Part shown: piece after piece, positions 43,103 through 47,250 of the stretch | Layout: every line of letters begins with the position of its first letter | Position numbering within the stretch: position 1 is the stretch's first letter | DNA from: Aduncisulcus paluster | Taxonomy: Eukaryota | NCBI GenBank assembly: GCA_024181965.1 | Contig: BQXS01013841.1 | Span: 1-47,250, forward strand | DNA length: 47,250 nucleotides | Direction: 5' to 3' | The notes under the pieces: model-generated | What the model was told of the DNA's origin: nothing | Databases searched by the model: none | Seen by the model: the letters and a program-made list of their open reading frames with translations, nothing else | Translations under genes and position numbers: made by a program

Positions 43103-43316
43103 CCTTTCAATCAATAATCGCAAGAAAAAGATTTAATTTATCTCACGCTCTGATTTCAGCCAATATACAATAGAAACAAAATTATATTAAGTTTTTAGGT
43201 CTTTGAATAAAAATTTTATCGCAATTAACTTTGTCAAAATTACTATTTATGCCGAATACTGAAATTTTGTCATTTGTCGCCTCCTACATCAAAATATCAC
43301 AAAATATTCGATATAA

Positions 43317-46300
43317 ATGGATTTTTTAAAGTCATTTTGTCTTTTTGTGTCAGAATACTTTGGAAAAGTTGTGAATGAAGAAGATTTGTTATCTGGCACC
43401 ACACTCAGTCTGTTATTATGTACTATAGAACCAGAACAATCATTCAAACCCCTTAAAAATGCACTACAAAACGATTTTCCCCCACGAACATTGTTTTCTA
43501 TTATGTTATCCAGGATGAAAGCATTCATGTCAAGTAAGCATAAAGAATTGACGTGTGACCATTCTTTAGGCATTCAAAGTATTGTTGCGGCTGCCCTGCG
43601 TTATCAACAATGGTCTGAACAAGTCCAACAAGCGCAACCTTCCCATGCTCCTATGGTGTCTGGTTTATTCTCAACTCCCACAACAAAACCTCTCTCTTCA
43701 AGTATATTTGCCCCTTCAAAAGCCACGAGAGGGCCAGATAATTCATTGCTATTGTGTGAAGGAGATGGATCTCTTGTTATTGGTTATCCCGCCCTTTCTG
43801 CATTATCTTCCTTATGTATTGATATATTTCGTTGTGTTTTACATAGTTCAAACAAACATACATATGTTTCAGTTGTTATCTCATTGGGAAAATCAACTCA
43901 GCAAGTCCTTCAAGATGGTTTCATCGTTGGAGAAGGTGAAGTGCCTAAACAAGCGTCTAAAACAATGGAAATATCATCAACCAATCACAAAGAAAGTTCT
44001 TCCCACATTCCACGTCCCTCAGAGATGTATCCTGAAGAAGTTATTGGAGATGGTGGTCTAGTATCCTCCCCGAAACGAGCTCCCAAGCATCCCCATCTTT
44101 CCTCCAATTCAAGACGAGTCACAGGAGCATCGAGCAAGACAAGCGAGCGTGAATCAACTGATAACTCTTCTCCATCAGAGATGTTACATAAAAAAGATCT
44201 CGCCATGTCATCAGTCCATTCGTCAGCAGGACATGGAGGTCGTAATGTACCAATGAAGAAACCAACTTCATCGGCGACCAAACAAACAACCCATAGGTCT
44301 GGTCAAATATTACCCAAGAAAGGCAAGCCCATTGTTCTATCTTCAACCACCAAACAACTCATTCGCAAACGAAAGAAAGAACAATCGTCCTCTTATTCCA
44401 ATCTTAAAATGAAAAATCGTTCAAATACTTTCTCTCACCTCCCATTATCGCCCTCTGCCTCATTCGTTGCTGAGACCAAACCACCTTCACACATGGGTAC
44501 CACGTCATCTCTTGCAAAGAGCTCTCTCCATCACACACAGCTTGCTACCTCCTCTTCTTCCTCTTCTGGGNNNNNNNNNNNNNNNNNNNNCGTCCTCTTA
44601 TTCCAATCTTAAAATGAAAAATCGTTCAAATACTTTCTCTCACCTCCCATTATCGCCCTCTGCCTCATTCGTTGCTGAGACCAAACCACCTTCACACATG
44701 GGTACCACGTCATCTCTTGCAAAGAGCTCTCTCCATCACACACAGCTTGCTACCTCCTCTTCTTCCTCTTCTGGGACCTCCATGGTGGTAGACGAAGTCA
44801 ATGGATGGACTGATGGAGTTGACACTGTTGGTGGCATGTCTGAACAGAAACAGGGCATCATTGATTCCAAATCGCAGCATTCTCTTGTTGTCAGTGTGCC
44901 CAGGGTTGCCTCCAATACGGGTGCATCTGAACTTGGACGAACAAAACGTCGGCAACACTTCAAGGGTGAGATTAAGAGTCTGGATTGGGGAAATGGGGAA
45001 ATTATGGGTGGTAAAGATGCATTTATTATTCTAGAAGACGATGATGGGGATGATATTTCATTCAACCCACTCTTGGAAACTCAAATTGTGGAACTCAGAA
45101 ACCGAATTGATTCATTAGTGGCTATAAATAGATCATTAAAGAAGAGCAATTCTGATTTAGTTCGTAAATTACTCAAGGAGAATGCCATGCGTGCCACAGG
45201 TGAACAACCAGTCCGAAGCAGTGTGACTTCCTCCCACTCTGTGAGTCCAGCTGTTAAACCTCAGCTCTCAAAGGGAGCCAGACAAAGCTTTTCAATGGAT
45301 ATTTTAGACACTGAATACGCTAAAAGTGAGCGTCAACTGTCACGTGATCAGGCATTGCACCAATCTATTGCCGCCCAATCCATGAATAATCTCTCTTCGT
45401 TGTTTTCTGAATCACTATCTTCTCTCGCCAGACCAACTCCTGTGCTTCCTCAACCACCAGTTACTTCTATAACAAAAGAAGAGGTTTTCCAGAATTTGTC
45501 ATCGTCGTACGCAGCCTTGCATAGTCAATATGTTGAGCTACAGGCCATTCTAGAGCAAGCAGATGCGAGAATGAGAGAGATGCAGCAACGTTCTGATCTT
45601 GAACGGGTAGAAAGGATGGAAGGTGTCTTGTGTGATATTTTATTCTATATGAGAAACAAATCAACAGCGGGGGCTGAAATGTGGTCTCGTAAAGCAGAAT
45701 TGGAGGAATTGATTGGTCAGATGATTCCCATCAAAGAATCTCCTCCTCAAAGGCCTGCCGAAATTGATGGTGATCAGAAACGACAGACCGACAAAGAATC
45801 ATCTGTTGAATTATCTCTTGGTATTGGCCATTCTCCCCAGGGTTTGTCTGAGGCTGGAATAGGTCCTTCATCCTCTTCAGCATCAAACCTTTCTATTTGC
45901 TCTCTTTCTTATCAATTAGCGAGGCAGAAACACCTCTTAAAGAAGGAAAAGGACAAAACGCATGCTCTTGAGGAACAACTTGCCGTCAGCAGAGGGGAAA
46001 TATTCTCACTTCGGTCTTCGATGTCTTCTTTGAGAACATCGTCCGAATATAGCACAAAAGAATTGATCAATGTTCAGGATGAACTTGGAGAGTTAAAGCT
46101 AAAATTAGAACAGACCAACACTGGTTTTGTAACTCAAGTTAAAGCCAATGAAATCTTGAGACAAGAATGTGATATTCTTCATGGAAAACTCTCTATTCTT
46201 GAACGTGATGCGGCAAGATCAGCAGCAGAAGTGAAAGATGCCGATAATTCTGATGTGGAAAGTCAACTTGTGTCAAGACGGGTGAGTGATTCTTCTGTGA

Positions 46301-46659
46301 GTGGGCTTGCTTATGGATCTCCAGCTTTTTCCTCGCATCACAATGTTGAACACTCGTCCCTTTCGCATGTTAGTACCGTTTCATCCCCTTTTAGAGCTGC
46401 GATGAGGAAAAGTCTGAAAAGCGTTAATAAGAAATGCCATTCTTGTGATTCCCTGGCTCACACACTATTACTAGCCGAGAAAACTATCGAGCGTGACAAG
46501 CTCGAGCATGCAAAAGAGGTCCTTAAATTTAGATCCACAATCACAATGCTGAGAGAGGAACTGGTCGAAAAGGAGAGATCTTTGGGAGAAATTGGAGACA
46601 AACTCTTAGATGCCCAAATGGAAACGATAGCCCGTCTTCAAGCTGATGGAATCCAATAA
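43317..46659 (+). CDS. Single large coiled-coil protein with a HOOK-like N-terminal domain (~1045 aa once the gap artefact is collapsed)
   Basis: ORFs 43317-44612 and 44467-46659 join in frame if 44571-44775 (N gap plus the duplicated 185 bp) is removed. The N-terminal motifs resemble the HOOK domain, followed by coiled coils. Confidence 0.7.
44386..44775. other. Assembly gap (20 N, 44571-44590) flanked by an identical 185-bp direct duplication
   Basis: 44386-44570 is identical to 44591-44775. Confidence 0.95.
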
Positions 46660-46983
46660 ATTCGGTATATTTAATTCCAAATTTTTGTTGATAAAACTTT
46701 TTCAAAAAAAAAGAGGTGATTCTTGAATGCCTTAAAATTGATTCTCTTCAAGTTTCAATGGAAATTTCCCATGTAAATTCCACTGGAATGAAATTATTCA
46801 TCGTTCTCATTATATCTCCATAGTATTGAGTCACTATTGTCCATATAGATTTGAATACATGCCCAAATTAATTCATTCTTTCGCCGACCAGGTTTCCTGA
46901 GAGCCAGAAAAGAAAAAAAAAGAAAAGAAGAAGAAGAAAACTTTCTGAATATAATGTTTAAAATAGAAAGAAAATAAAGAAGT

Positions 46984-47250
46984 TTATAAGAGTGATTTAA
47001 TCATAAGCTCAATCCTTCGTTCAGATGCGCCCGTGAATGATTCTTTTTTCTCTCCATTAAGGTAGGAAATGAATGTAGGCATTGCAGCGATTTCTAAATA
47101 TTCAGCCAGATCATCAGCCTCATCAACATCGATTTGAACAAAATCAATGGTCGAATATTCGGGCTTTTCGGCCAAAGAATGGAATATGGGGCTAATACGC
47201 TTGCAAGGACCACACCATTGTGCAAAGCAATCTATTACGACTTTAGGGTG
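46984..47250 (-). CDS. TRX: Thioredoxin, 5'-truncated by the window edge
   Basis: Hand translation from 47250: HPKVVIDCFAQWCGPCKRISPIFHSLAEK...FVQIDVDE...AMPTF. It has the WCGPC active site and the cis-Pro MPTF motif. Confidence 0.95.
   Translation of the reverse strand, partial: HPKVVIDCFAQWCGPCKRISPIFHSLAEKPEYSTIDFVQIDVDEADDLAEYLEIAAMPTFISYLNGEKKESFTGASERRIELMIKSLL

Noticed and set aside
44386-44775. Real tandem duplication, or two separate overlapping genes
   Set aside because: The duplicate is exact, abuts an N gap on both sides, and collapsing it restores one frame.

Overview
This is gene-dense, AT-rich eukaryotic (protist) DNA in the standard genetic code, with about 19 protein-coding loci and short intergenic spacers, many of them head-to-head. 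The few introns are short, start GTATGT and lie at the 5' ends of genes. Recognisable genes: a WD40 protein, a kinesin with an ARK-like motor and neck, a divergent CDK-like kinase, an RNI-like LRR protein, UBA1, CAF1/POP2, an FG-repeat RanBD protein, an acyltransferase-3 membrane protein, RPS23, a dually acylated EF-hand protein, a HOOK-like coiled-coil protein split by an assembly gap, and a thioredoxin cut by the window edge. The most unusual structure is three copies of an uncharacterised two-domain gene family with a conserved framework and patchy hypervariable segments. Two intact copies share a ~98-99% identical 630-bp upstream region and form a ~1.8-kb inverted repeat enclosing UBA1 and CAF1; the third is a pseudogene. 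The kinesin also appears to have a 3-nt micro-exon. Overall style and this family recall a free-living fornicate (Aduncisulcus/Carpediemonas-like), but that is recollection, not a search result. No rRNA, tRNA, CRISPR array or transposase was recognised.
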